NCBI GenBank assembly: GCA_963666215.2
Contig: CAXWPL010000002.1
Span: 544,001 to 608,000 of the forward strand
From: Acidobacteriota bacterium
Lineage (GTDB): Bacteria; Acidobacteriota; UBA890; WLXD01
Direction of reading: 5' to 3'
DNA: 64,000 nucleotides
Shown here: positions 30,398 to 40,416 of the stretch, piece by piece
Position numbering within the stretch: the first letter of the stretch is position 1
Layout of the letters: each line of letters opens with the position of its first letter
The notes under the pieces: model-generated
What the model saw: only the letters and a program-made list of their open reading frames with translations
Database searches by the model: none
Told to the model about the DNA's origin: nothing
Made by a program: the position numbers and the translations under genes

Positions 30398-31831
30398 ATG
30401 AGCGAGCAGCAGCAGCGAAGGCGGCGTGGTCGGCGCCGGCCCCGCGGCGGCCGGGGACGAGGCCAGGCGCAGGGGCAAGGACGCCCGCAAGGAAATCGCC
30501 GCTCGAATCAGAAGTTCACACCGCCGGGCGAGGAAGACGCGGCGCTCGCGCTGCTGCTCAAGGACGCGCACCAGGTTGAGGATTTGATGGAGGCGCGCCC
30601 GGCTCGTCTTCTCGAGGTGGCGGCCGAGCTCGAGGTCGAAAACCCTACGGATCTGGCTCCGAACGAGCTCATCAGAGCGTGTCTCGAAGCACAGGCGCAC
30701 AAGTTCGACCTGGTGTATCGCGAGGGGGTCCTCGAAACGTTGCCGGACGGCTACGGCTTCATTCGCTCAGCAGAGCTCTCGTATCTGCCTGGCCCCGAAG
30801 ACACCTACGTCTCCCCCGCCCAGATTCGCCGGTTCGGGTTGCGCACCGGCGACACCATCACCGGCAGCATGCGGCGACCGAAGCCGGGCGAAAAGTACTT
30901 CGCGCTGGTGCAAACCGACGCGGTCAACGGCGACATGCCGAGCCTGGCCAAGGACCGGACGCTGTTCAAGAATCTGACGCCGCTGCATCCGGAGCGTCAG
31001 ATCATCATCGAGACAGCCGGCGACGAGTCGGCTGTGGGGCGCGTGGTCGACCTGTTGACCCCGTTAGGCTTCGGCCAGCGGGCCCTCATCGTGTCGCCGC
31101 CTCGCGCCGGCAAGACGATTCTGCTGCAAGCGATCGCGGCCGCTCTCGCTGAGAACCACCCTAACGTCAATCTCATCGTCCTGTTGATCGACGAGCGCCC
31201 GGAAGAAGTGACCGACATGCGCCGCAACGTCAAGGGCGAGGTGGTGTCCTCGACATTCGACGAGCCGGCGAGTCGACACACTCAGGTCGGTGAGATCGTG
31301 CTCGAGAAAGCCCGGCGCATGGTGGAGAGCGGTCAGGATGTCGTCATTCTGCTCGATTCCTTGACGCGTCTGGCGCGAGCTCACAACACGGTCACGCCCT
31401 CGTCAGGCCGTGTCATGACCGGCGGCGTGGATGCGAACGCCCTCGCCAAGCCCAAGAGGTTCTTCGGTTCGGCGCGCGCTGTGAAGGAGGGTGGCAGCCT
31501 GACGATCATCGCAACAGCCCTCATCGAAACCGGAAGCCGCATGGACGAGGTGATCTTCGAAGAGTTCAAGGGCACCGGCAACTCGGAGATCGTTCTCGAA
31601 CGCAAGCTGGCCGACAAGCGTATCTTCCCGGCCATCGAGCTCAACAAGTCGGGGACTCGCAAGGAAGAGCTCCTGGTCTCTCCGGAGGCACTGAAGGCCA
31701 TCTGGATGCTCCGCAAGGCGCTCTCTTCGGTGCCTGCCGACGAGGCGATGGAGTTGCTGCTCAAGCGCCTGCGGCAAACGAAGACGAACGCGGAGTTCCT
31801 GCAGTCACTGGCCGACAAGGGAATCAGCTAG
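30398..31831 (+). CDS. rho: Transcription termination factor Rho
   Basis: [35 protein letters not shown] and FEEFKGTGN motifs. Confidence 0.98.
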   Translation: MSEQQQRRRRGRRRPRGGRGRGQAQGQGRPQGNRRSNQKFTPPGEEDAALALLLKDAHQVEDLMEARPARLLEVAAELEVENPTDLAPNELIRACLEAQAHKFDLVYREGVLETLPDGYGFIRSAELSYLPGPEDTYVSPAQIRRFGLRTGDTITGSMRRPKPGEKYFALVQTDAVNGDMPSLAKDRTLFKNLTPLHPERQIIIETAGDESAVGRVVDLLTPLGFGQRALIVSPPRAGKTILLQAIAAALAENHPNVNLIVLLIDERPEEVTDMRRNVKGEVVSSTFDEPASRHTQVGEIVLEKARRMVESGQDVVILLDSLTRLARAHNTVTPSSGRVMTGGVDANALAKPKRFFGSARAVKEGGSLTIIATALIETGSRMDEVIFEEFKGTGNSEIVLERKLADKRIFPAIELNKSGTRKEELLVSPEALKAIWMLRKALSSVPADEAMELLLKRLRQTKTNAEFLQSLADKGIS

Positions 31832-31898
31832 TTCTGCCAGCGGCGACAGCTTGGTCTGAGATCGGTCGGTATCGAGGGACAACAGCACGAGGCCCGAG

Positions 31899-32468
31899 AT
31901 GATCTGGGCGCTCGGATTTGCGGCGGCGGCCCTAATCGGCTGGGCGGTGATCGCCTACAACCGCTTCGTGGGCCTGCGGCAGCGCGCCGAGGGGGCCTGG
32001 GCCGACATCGACGCTCAGCTCAAGAGACGGCACGATCTGGTCCCCGCGCTTGTTGAAACCGTGAAGGGTTACGCCGCGCACGAGCGCCAGACGCTGCAGG
32101 AGGTCGTCGAGAGACGCAGCGGCGCGCGCCAGAGTCCGAGCGGCGTACTCCCCGACGCCGCGCGAGTCGGCAGCGAGAACCTGCTGAGTCACTCGCTCAA
32201 GCATCTGTTCGCTCTCGCCGAGGCTTATCCAGACCTGCGCGCTAGCGACCGCTTTCGTGGGTTACAGGAACAGTTGATAGCGATCGAGGACCAGCTGCAG
32301 CTCGCCCGTCGCTACTTCAACGCGGTCGTGCGCGACTGGAACACAGCGGTGCAGCGATTTCCGGATGTCGTCGTGGCACGGGTCAGTGGATTCGCAGTGC
32401 GCGACTTCTTCGAGCTCGATAGCGTGCTCGAGCGTGACGTCGTCGCCATCGATCTGGACGCGAGCTAG
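31899..32468 (+). CDS. lemA: LemA family protein
   Basis: N-terminal TM segment; QLKRRHDLVP, VKGYAAHE and EAYPDLRA motifs. Confidence 0.93.
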   Translation: MIWALGFAAAALIGWAVIAYNRFVGLRQRAEGAWADIDAQLKRRHDLVPALVETVKGYAAHERQTLQEVVERRSGARQSPSGVLPDAARVGSENLLSHSLKHLFALAEAYPDLRASDRFRGLQEQLIAIEDQLQLARRYFNAVVRDWNTAVQRFPDVVVARVSGFAVRDFFELDSVLERDVVAIDLDAS

Positions 32469-34300
32469 TGGCCCGGTCAGACGGGCCGGGATCCGCGCGA
32501 GGCGCTCTCGGCAGGATCGCGGCGAGTTGTCTTCGACTGTCGAGCTGCGTTGTTGTGGCCGCGTGCTGCCTAGCGGCAGGGTCGGCAGCAACTGCCGCAA
32601 GCCCTGGATTTGCCGCGTCGGCGGTGCCGGCTGGCGCAGCCCAGCAGCGCTCCTATTTCATCGAATCGTTCGATGTGCGACTGCGCGTTGAAGAGTCGGG
32701 CACTCTTGATGTCCTCGAGACGATTCGCTTCCGTTTCGACGGCTCGTTCGAGGGCATCTATCGCGATCTGCCGATCCGCTACGACACCCCATGGAACCTC
32801 AACTACCGACTCCGCGTCAAGCCCGTTGGGGCCATCGACGAGGGTGGAGGACGGCTGCGGTTCGAGACCGACGAGCGCGGCGACGACCTTCGCTTCAAGG
32901 TGTTCGTTCCCGGGGCAGTGGATGCTTCGCGGACGGTGATCCTGCACTACCGCGTCAAGAACGGGCTCAGGTATCCCGACGAGCAGGAGGGGTTCGCGGC
33001 ACACGATCAGCTCTACTGGAGCGTCACTGGCAACGGCTGGACCGTGCCTATCGAAAAGGTCCGCGCGGAGGTCGTGCTGCCCGACGGCGTTGTCGACGAG
33101 CCTTGGATGCGGTCATTCTCCGGTCCCTACGGCGCGCATTCCGACGAGGGCGTCGACGTGACTCGGTTATCGAACAACCGGGTTCTCTGGCAGGTCGACG
33201 ATCGGCTCGAGCCCGGAGAAGGATTGACGATCGTCGTGGGCTGGCCACCGGGTGCCGTACGCCGTCCGACGGCTGTCGACAAGGCCCGTGACACCCTGGC
33301 CGACAACTGGCCGCTGGGCCTGCCATTGCTGATTGGCGCGCTGATGCTCGGCGCTTTCTCGCGATTCGGCCGTGACCCGAGAATCGATCGCTCGGTCGTG
33401 GTGAGCTACGAGCCTCCGGGCGACCTGAGGCCGGCAGAGCTCGGTACGCTGATCGATGAGAAAGTCGACCTGCGAGACGTCGTGGCCACCGTCATCGACC
33501 TGGCCGTGAGAGGGTACCTGAAGATCACAGAGTCGGAGGTTGATGGCTGGTTCAAGTCGTCCACGAAGACGCATTTCGAGCGCCTTCCAGCGCCTTCCGG
33601 AGAGGTCCTGTGGCCTTTCGAGCAGCAGGTTCTCGATGGTCTCTTCGAGGGCGGCGACAACGTCGAGATGGACGATCTCAAGACGAAGTTCTACAAGCAC
33701 CTCAGCACGATCCAGGCGTCACTGTACGACCGTCTCACCGATCGCGGCTATTTTCGCGGACGCCCGGACCATGTCCGTAAACTGTGGATCTTCATCGCCG
33801 TCGCGCTGGCACCGCTCGGCATCGTGTTCGGGCTCGTCACCGACAAGCCGGCCTTCATCTTCGCCGGCATCGCGAGCGCGATCATCGTGGGTATCTTCGC
33901 CCCCTTCATGCCGGCGCGCACGGCGAGTGGCCGCATGCGATACCTGGAGACCAAGGGTTTCGAGGAGTTTCTCGGTCGCACCGAGGGAGAGCGCCTGCGT
34001 GAGCTGGAGCTATCGGATGCGGTCTTCGAGCGTTTCCTGCCGTACGCCATGGCGTTCGGTGTGGCCGATCACTGGGCCAAAGGCTTTGAAGGCCTGTTGA
34101 CAGAGCCACCGAGCTGGTACGCCGGCCCCACCGGTCAATTTCATCCGATGCTCTTCAACCAGCGGATGAATACGCTCAGCAGCGGGCTGGGCACCGCCAT
34201 GGCCAGCCAGCCGCGCAGCAGCAGCGGCTCGAGCGGGTTCTCGGGTGGCGGTGGGTTCTCGGGCGGTGGCTTTGGCGGCGGCGGAGGCGGCGCGTTCTAA
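32468..34300 (+). CDS. DUF2207 membrane protein
   Basis: LYWSVTGNGW, TVIDLAVRGY and FERFLPYAMAFG motifs; Gly-rich GGGFGGGGGGAF tail; follows lemA. Confidence 0.9.
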   Translation: MARSDGPGSARGALGRIAASCLRLSSCVVVAACCLAAGSAATAASPGFAASAVPAGAAQQRSYFIESFDVRLRVEESGTLDVLETIRFRFDGSFEGIYRDLPIRYDTPWNLNYRLRVKPVGAIDEGGGRLRFETDERGDDLRFKVFVPGAVDASRTVILHYRVKNGLRYPDEQEGFAAHDQLYWSVTGNGWTVPIEKVRAEVVLPDGVVDEPWMRSFSGPYGAHSDEGVDVTRLSNNRVLWQVDDRLEPGEGLTIVVGWPPGAVRRPTAVDKARDTLADNWPLGLPLLIGALMLGAFSRFGRDPRIDRSVVVSYEPPGDLRPAELGTLIDEKVDLRDVVATVIDLAVRGYLKITESEVDGWFKSSTKTHFERLPAPSGEVLWPFEQQVLDGLFEGGDNVEMDDLKTKFYKHLSTIQASLYDRLTDRGYFRGRPDHVRKLWIFIAVALAPLGIVFGLVTDKPAFIFAGIASAIIVGIFAPFMPARTASGRMRYLETKGFEEFLGRTEGERLRELELSDAVFERFLPYAMAFGVADHWAKGFEGLLTEPPSWYAGPTGQFHPMLFNQRMNTLSSGLGTAMASQPRSSSGSSGFSGGGGFSGGGFGGGGGGAF

Positions 34301-34387
34301 GAGAAAACAGCCGCTGCACGATGGAGCGCTGGGCCCACCCGATGGCGACCGATCCGCGGTACAAGCTCCGACAGAGGCCAGCTCTGC

Positions 34388-35970
34388 CTACAGAGCGGCG
34401 AAGCGAAAGACGAAGTCGACGTACGACTTCTCGATCTCGTCCAGGCTGGCGATGCCGCCAAGACCCTCAACTATCAAGTACTCGTTGATGGTGTGCTGGT
34501 TGGCTCCATGCCCCATACCGCCGAGAACCATAGGCAGGTTGAGTGGCGCGTCGGTGAAGAGATAGAAGGGCGCGCTGCCGGCCAGGTGGGGCCAAATCTC
34601 CGGCGAGATGTCGCGCGACTCGTACACCCCCTTGAGCGCTTGCACGATGGGGTCGGATACGGAGGTCTTGGACCATTCGTAGGCCGAAAGCGGGCGGATC
34701 TCGACGTCGTCGAAGCCGTGACGATCGAGGTGGCGCCGCGCCATCGGCATGATATCGGCGGAGCGCTGGTCGGGAACGATGCGCGAGTCGACCTTTGCGG
34801 TGGCCTCGTGCGGCAGAATCGTCGCCATTCCCGGTCCGGTGTATCCACCCCAGATGCCGTCGATATTCCACGTGGTCGTGTAGAGGTAGCGATCGATCAG
34901 GGCAAGCCCGTCGAGGTCGTCGATGAACGCGCCGACGGCGAGCGACTCGCGCCAACTCTCCGGGTCGAAGCGCTCCATCAAGATGTCGATCAATGCTGCG
35001 TCTTCGGCAGACGGAGCGCGAATCGTGTCGAGGTAACCCTCCATCCGAATCGCGGCCCCGTAGTCGTCGGTCATCGACGTCAGCGCCTGCAGCAGACGCC
35101 ACACCGGACTTTCGACGATCGCAGCGTAGGAGCCGTGAATGTTGCGGACGGCCGGTCCCCTACCCCAACGGCTGCCGGCGGCATTGAGCTCCATGGCGAC
35201 GATGCCTTTGTTGCCGAGGAACATCGACACCGACGCGTCCGGGTTCTGCATCGACATCGCGAACAACATGCCGTCGGCGGCGGCGAGACGCTCACGCTCG
35301 GTGGCGAGCGCAGCCGGAAGATTCGGGCTGCCGAGCTCTTCCTCGCCCTCGATCGTGAAGATCATGTTGACGAGCAGCGTGCCCTTGACCTCGATGATCG
35401 CCTCGAGCGCGTTGAGGTAGGCACGCAGCGGGCCCTTGGTGTTGATCGCGCCGCGCGCCATCTCGCCTTCCCGAGGCCGGGCATGTCGATGACCTTCGCC
35501 TCGCGAGGATCGTCGAGCCAGCGGTCGGGGTCGTTGATCGGCTGCGTGTCGTACATCCCGTAGTTCACCAGCGTTTTCGGAGCGCCGGCGTCATAGAGTC
35601 CCCACACCACCGGGTGGCCATCGGTTTCGATAAGCCCCGCCTCCTGGCACCCGAGCTTGCGCAGGTACTTTGCGGTCATCTCGGCGCATTCGCGCACGCC
35701 GACATTCTGTGCCGAGATGCTCGGTTGCCTCAGGTAGGCTTGGATCTCCTCGAGGTCGCCGCCAAGGCGGCGATCGATGGCTTGGTACACATCGCCGAGC
35801 TCGCCGCTCTGCGGAGCTCTCAGAGCGCTGCTGACTCGGCGACGCGGCGGACGCGTCTTGAACGCCGCGCGTAGCGGCTCGGGCAGCGCGAACGCCGGCG
35901 ACGCAGCCAAGCCCGTGCCACCAGCGGCCAGCGCGCGGCTCGATAGATTCAGGAAACGTCGACGATTCAT
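34388..35970 (-). pseudogene. Tat-exported M20/M25/M40 metallohydrolase, frameshifted at about 35462
   Basis: N-half (RRRFL Tat motif, YGMYDTQP) and C-half (ARGAINTKG, EGEEELGS, HTINEY) lie in different frames, joined at GGG AAG GCG AG ATG GCG. Confidence 0.8.
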
Positions 35971-36106
35971 CTGGCATCTCCCCCTGATTGGCTTGGCTAG
36001 GACTCGCTCCAGCTGAGAGCCCTCAACGGACGGCGCGTAATTCCGCAAATGAGGCGGGCAGCAACGCCCGATCTCCCAGCAAATCGAGAGGTCTGGAGCG
36101 GCAGTT

Positions 36107-37195
36107 CTAGTGCCGAATCTCGAACGGCAACCGCTCGCTCACCGATCGCGTCGCCTTCTTCGTCACCCCGGGCGCGTGCGTCATGTCCATGTACAGCTGT
36201 AAGTCGGAGACCGCTCGCAGCCCACCATGAACCTGGGCGTCGAAGAGCGCGCCGTGTCGGTACGTCGGCTTGACGAGGAAACAGTTGGCGTCGTGCCCGG
36301 CCGGCCGCAGCGACAGCATGTTGGTCCACGACTCGAGCGTGTGCTCGGGTTGCTCGTTGAGCTCCGGCAGGTAGACGTGGACGGGGAACGGCAGCCGGCG
36401 CTGAGGCGACCCGAGATGCAACGCGTGCAGCGCCGCATCGAGCGTCAGCGCGTAACGGTCGGACATCTCGTCGTCGACGGTACGCAGCCGTTGTAGCAAT
36501 TTCGCCGGGTCGGTGTCGCGCATACGGAACGGGTAGACCTCGTTGGAGTCGAAGGCGTAATGCTTGAGCCAATCGGCGAGCAGACGTTGGGGCTGCACGA
36601 GTCGCGAGCCACCGCCCCTCTTGCGCTCCACATAACCGTCGGTCTGCATCTGCTGGAGGATCTGCGAAACCCATCCGAGACTGAGACCCCCGTCCTTGGC
36701 GATCTGCCGGGTCGTCATCCATTGCCCGGGGGATTTCAGCAGCACCCGGAGCGGGATGGTTGCCTTGTCGTGGAACAGCGTGCGCACCTGTTTCCGCGCG
36801 GTGAAACGGTTCCGGTTGCCGGCGATCTGCACAAACACCTGGTTGAACCGCAGATAGCCGTTGCCGCAGCAGTCGAGGTAGCCCAGTCCGGCTTCGCGGC
36901 AGATCCGGATTCCTGCGACTCCGAGATGGGGCGCGAGCAGCACCGCCGCCACACCCTTCGCCGAGCCCAGCGTCCGTAGCCGCGGCAGTGCCTCGCGCAC
37001 GTGTCGTGGCTCACCGCTCGCAACCGAGACGCACAACAGATGCCGGACCGCGCCAGAGTGGCCCAGGAGATCCATCTGAACGACCGACGAATCCCACTCG
37101 GCGACGCCCACGCGAACGCTGGTGCCAAGCACCGGCGGCAGCAGATCTGGCCCGTGCCGCAGGAAGTGTGCTCGGACTTCGCCCGACGTATTCAT
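36107..37195 (-). CDS. AbiEi_2-like (type IV TA antitoxin-like) HTH protein
   Basis: APHL...CREAGLGYLDCCGNGYL, wHTH TTRQIAKDGGLSLGWVSQIL, LLADW and VSDLQLYMD motifs. Confidence 0.75.
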   Translation of the reverse strand: MNTSGEVRAHFLRHGPDLLPPVLGTSVRVGVAEWDSSVVQMDLLGHSGAVRHLLCVSVASGEPRHVREALPRLRTLGSAKGVAAVLLAPHLGVAGIRICREAGLGYLDCCGNGYLRFNQVFVQIAGNRNRFTARKQVRTLFHDKATIPLRVLLKSPGQWMTTRQIAKDGGLSLGWVSQILQQMQTDGYVERKRGGGSRLVQPQRLLADWLKHYAFDSNEVYPFRMRDTDPAKLLQRLRTVDDEMSDRYALTLDAALHALHLGSPQRRLPFPVHVYLPELNEQPEHTLESWTNMLSLRPAGHDANCFLVKPTYRHGALFDAQVHGGLRAVSDLQLYMDMTHAPGVTKKATRSVSERLPFEIRH

Positions 37196-37412
37196 CGCTC
37201 GGCCTTGCGGCGACGCGGCGGCCTGAGCTGGAGACAGAAGAACGGGATCGAGAGCACGGGCGTCGTGGGCTGGGGTGGGCCGGCGCGATCTGTCGGGTTA
37301 TAGCACCGCGCGTTGGGCCATGCCAGCTTTCGCCCCGATGCATGGCAAATCGGTGGCCGGTCCGCGATATTTGCCCGCGCACAGCCCCCGAAATCAGCCT
37401 TCGGAGCGCTCG

Positions 37413-37973
37413 CTAGCTGTCGCCAGTCGGCATGCGCTCGAGTCGCAACCGGTGGGAGACGACGTTGGCCGCCGTGTCGTACGGCAGCGATCCCGTATGC
37501 CGCACTCGCCGACGCTGGTCCGCGCGCAGCTCGATGCGGACGGGATCGCTATGCACGATGTCGTCGTTGTCGTCGAGGAGATCGAGCGTGACTTCCACCT
37601 CGACCGGCTGTGCTCCCGCGTTCACGACGTCGGCCCACCACTCGAAGTACGCCCGATCGTCGTCGGCCGTTGTCCAGTCGAACGCGTTGTCACCGAGCTC
37701 CAGCTGGCTGGCGGCGGACACCGTGACTGCCCTTCCCAACCTGCCTCCAGCCTGCCCGGTCTCGCGATTTCCGAGGGTTCGCCCGCCGTCGGCGACGGAC
37801 AGGCTGGCGGACTGCAGCACAAGCACGAGCGCGATCAGGCCGCTGAGACCGGCAAGGGATCTTGCTGACGCTGGAGGGCTTACGCGTCGCTGCCTTCGCC
37901 AACGGTGCTGCCGCTGGCTGTGCTGGCGAGCGCGCCCCGATGCTTTCATGTCGCTGTTGGCGATAACGGTCAC
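37413..37973 (-). CDS. Hypothetical exported beta-rich protein
   Basis: Hydrophobic signal segment followed by an Ig-like-looking domain (VEVEVTLDLLDDNDDIV). Confidence 0.6.
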   Translation of the reverse strand: MTVIANSDMKASGRARQHSQRQHRWRRQRRVSPPASARSLAGLSGLIALVLVLQSASLSVADGGRTLGNRETGQAGGRLGRAVTVSAASQLELGDNAFDWTTADDDRAYFEWWADVVNAGAQPVEVEVTLDLLDDNDDIVHSDPVRIELRADQRRRVRHTGSLPYDTAANVVSHRLRLERMPTGDS

Positions 37974-38150
37974 GCCAAGCCTCCAGGATCGATTTTATTC
38001 TCGGTCTCGGTCTCGATGACGGGCGAGGCGTTGGAATCCATTGCCAACCGGCGTCGCCGCTCATGTTGTGATCAAGCTTGCACGCCCGTTCAGCTGCGGT
38101 CAAAGACGCCGGCCGAGCGAGCGTCCGCCCTCGCTCCGGTACGACGGCAA

Positions 38151-40406
38151 TCAGTCCGGCTCCCAGATCGGGTCGACATTGGGGTCGTGGTCCCAGGGGC
38201 GTTCCGGATCGGCGCTCTGGAAACCCGAGAATCGCGAAGACGACGAGGCGCTGCCGCGGTTCTCGAATCGGGTACCCGTAGAGGCTGAGCTCGCCGCTCG
38301 GGGCGGTCTTGCTGTGGCAGGCGGCTCGGCTTCTGCGAGCTCCCACGGTTCCACGTGGTGCGGCTGGAGCTCCTGGACAAACCGCGACGGCTGTTGCAGG
38401 AGAGACCCCGAGGCGCCCGGTCGCACGATCGGGTAGCTCAGGTAGAGCTCGCTGCGGGCACGAGTCATGCCCACGTAGAAGATCCGACGCTCCTCCTCTT
38501 CGCCCCCTTCGTCGATCGCACGCGGGCTCGGGATCGCACCTTCGACGAGATGAATCAGGAACACCGCGTCCCACTCGAGACCCTTCGCTTGGTGGATCGT
38601 CGAGAGCACCACGCGTGGCTCATCGCGATGAAGGTCCTGCACGTCCTGGCCGTGCAGCTCTCCTAGCAGCACGAGCTCTTCGAGGAAACTGGCGATGGTG
38701 TCGTACTGGGTGGCGAAGACCGCCAGCTGTTCGAGGTCTTCCATGCGCGAATCGAAGTTGGTGAAGTGGGCCGCCGCGTAGTCCGCATAACCATCAAGGA
38801 GGATCGTTCGGATTGCCGTCTCCGGCTCGTCACACTTCTCTTGCACCGCGGTAAGCATCTCGACCAGGTGGGCCCACGGGCCGCGCGCGTGGCGGCGCAG
38901 CAGCTTCAGCACTTCGGGGCTCGTGAGCAAACGGAGCAAGGCGGCCGCATCGGTGGTTGTACCAATGGCGCGACGCACACGCTCGGCGGTAACGTTGCCG
39001 ACACCGGGCTGCATGAGCAGTAAACGTCGCAACGCTACTTCGTCTTGTGGGTTAGCAATCACCCGCAGGTAGGCGGTCACGTCTTTGATGTGGGCCTGCT
39101 CGAAAAAACGCAGGCCACCACGGATCTCGTAGGGGATGTCGTAGCGCAGCAGCGTTGTCTCGAGCGACAAGCGGTGCGAGTGGGCGCGGTACAGGACGGC
39201 CACTCGGTCGAGCTCGGTGCCCTCGTCACGCAGTTGCAGCAGGCGTTCCGCAACGAAGGCCGCCTCCTGCTCGGGGTAGTTGCACGCCACCAGAGCGGGC
39301 AACATTCCGGATCGCCGCTTAGCGGTGAGCTCCTTCGTGAACTGCCCCTGGTTGTGACGAATACTGTCGTTGGTGAGCGCCAGAATCTGTGGCGTGCTGC
39401 GATAGTTGACCTCGAGCTTGAACACCTCGGTTCCCGGGTTGCGCTCGGGGAAGCCGAGAATGTTCTCGTAGTGGGCGCCACGGAAGGCGTAGATACTCTG
39501 GCAATCGTCGCCGACCACCATCAGGTTGCCGGGCACTGCGGCCGATCTTGCCGGCACCTCACCGCCCCCTGCTAGCGTCGACTGCGAGCTCGAGGAAGGA
39601 CTCGCGGTGCGCTCGTCGGCGACATTCTGCGAACCGTTGGCGATGGCCTCGACGATGGCGCCCTGAACACGGTTCGTGTCTTGGTACTCGTCCACCAAGA
39701 CGTGACGAAACTGCTGCGCGTAGCGCTGCTGCAGCTCCGGGTACTCGAGCAGCATTCGCAGCCACAGCAGCAGCAGGTCGTCGTAGTCCATGGCGTTCGC
39801 CGCGTGCTTGCGTTCGGCGTAGCGTGTGGTGACGGCGATGATTTCCTGCCCCCAGTCGACGAAGCGGGGGTAGCGATCGACGAGGATCTCGTCGATCGGA
39901 TCGCCGGTGTTGGCCGACAGCGAGATCATCGAGCACAGCAGACGCGGCGCCGGGAAGCGGCGCCGCTTGACGTCGACCCCGACGTCGGTGATGCAGAGCC
40001 GCATAACGTCGCGCTGATCGGACTCGTCGAGAATCGAAAAGCTCTCGTTGTAGCCGAAAAGGGCGCCGTGACGACGCAGAAGCCGGGCTCCGATCGAGTG
40101 GAAGGTCCCCGCCCACAGCCGGGGCCCGTCGATGCCGGTGAGCTCGCGAACGCGGCCGACCATCTCTCTCGCCGCCTTGTTGGTGAACGTCACCAGCAGC
40201 AGGCCGTCGGGGGGCACGCCCTGTGAAAGCAGGTAGGCCACGCGGTAGGTCAGCGTGCGCGTCTTGCCGGTGCCGGCGCCTGCAATCACCAGCTTGGGGC
40301 CATCGCCGCAAGTGACGGCGGCGCGCTGCTGCTCGTTGAGGTCGGCGTCGAAATCCGCGCGAACACTCAGCGCCGGACGACTCGGCAGAACGAATCGGCG
40401 CGCCAT
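38151..40406 (-). CDS. UvrD/PcrA/Rep family ATP-dependent DNA helicase
   Basis: AGAGTGKT, TFTNKAAREM, VDEYQD, VGDDCQSIYAFRGA, NYRS, STIHQAKGLEW and EERRIFYVGMTRA motifs. Confidence 0.95.
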   Translation of the reverse strand: MARRFVLPSRPALSVRADFDADLNEQQRAAVTCGDGPKLVIAGAGTGKTRTLTYRVAYLLSQGVPPDGLLLVTFTNKAAREMVGRVRELTGIDGPRLWAGTFHSIGARLLRRHGALFGYNESFSILDESDQRDVMRLCITDVGVDVKRRRFPAPRLLCSMISLSANTGDPIDEILVDRYPRFVDWGQEIIAVTTRYAERKHAANAMDYDDLLLLWLRMLLEYPELQQRYAQQFRHVLVDEYQDTNRVQGAIVEAIANGSQNVADERTASPSSSSQSTLAGGGEVPARSAAVPGNLMVVGDDCQSIYAFRGAHYENILGFPERNPGTEVFKLEVNYRSTPQILALTNDSIRHNQGQFTKELTAKRRSGMLPALVACNYPEQEAAFVAERLLQLRDEGTELDRVAVLYRAHSHRLSLETTLLRYDIPYEIRGGLRFFEQAHIKDVTAYLRVIANPQDEVALRRLLLMQPGVGNVTAERVRRAIGTTTDAAALLRLLTSPEVLKLLRRHARGPWAHLVEMLTAVQEKCDEPETAIRTILLDGYADYAAAHFTNFDSRMEDLEQLAVFATQYDTIASFLEELVLLGELHGQDVQDLHRDEPRVVLSTIHQAKGLEWDAVFLIHLVEGAIPSPRAIDEGGEEEERRIFYVGMTRARSELYLSYPIVRPGASGSLLQQPSRFVQELQPHHVEPWELAEAEPPATARPPRAASSASTGTRFENRGSASSSSRFSGFQSADPERPWDHDPNVDPIWEPD

Positions 40407-40416
40407 CGATTGCAGG

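Noticed and set aside
35440-35480. Programmed frameshift or selenocysteine recoding in the M20 gene
   Set aside because: There is no slippery heptamer or in-frame TGA at the junction; a simple deletion explains it.
37998-38015. TCTCGG x3 and other short tandem repeats as a CRISPR or contingency locus
   Set aside because: They have too few units and no spacers, and no cas genes are in the window.
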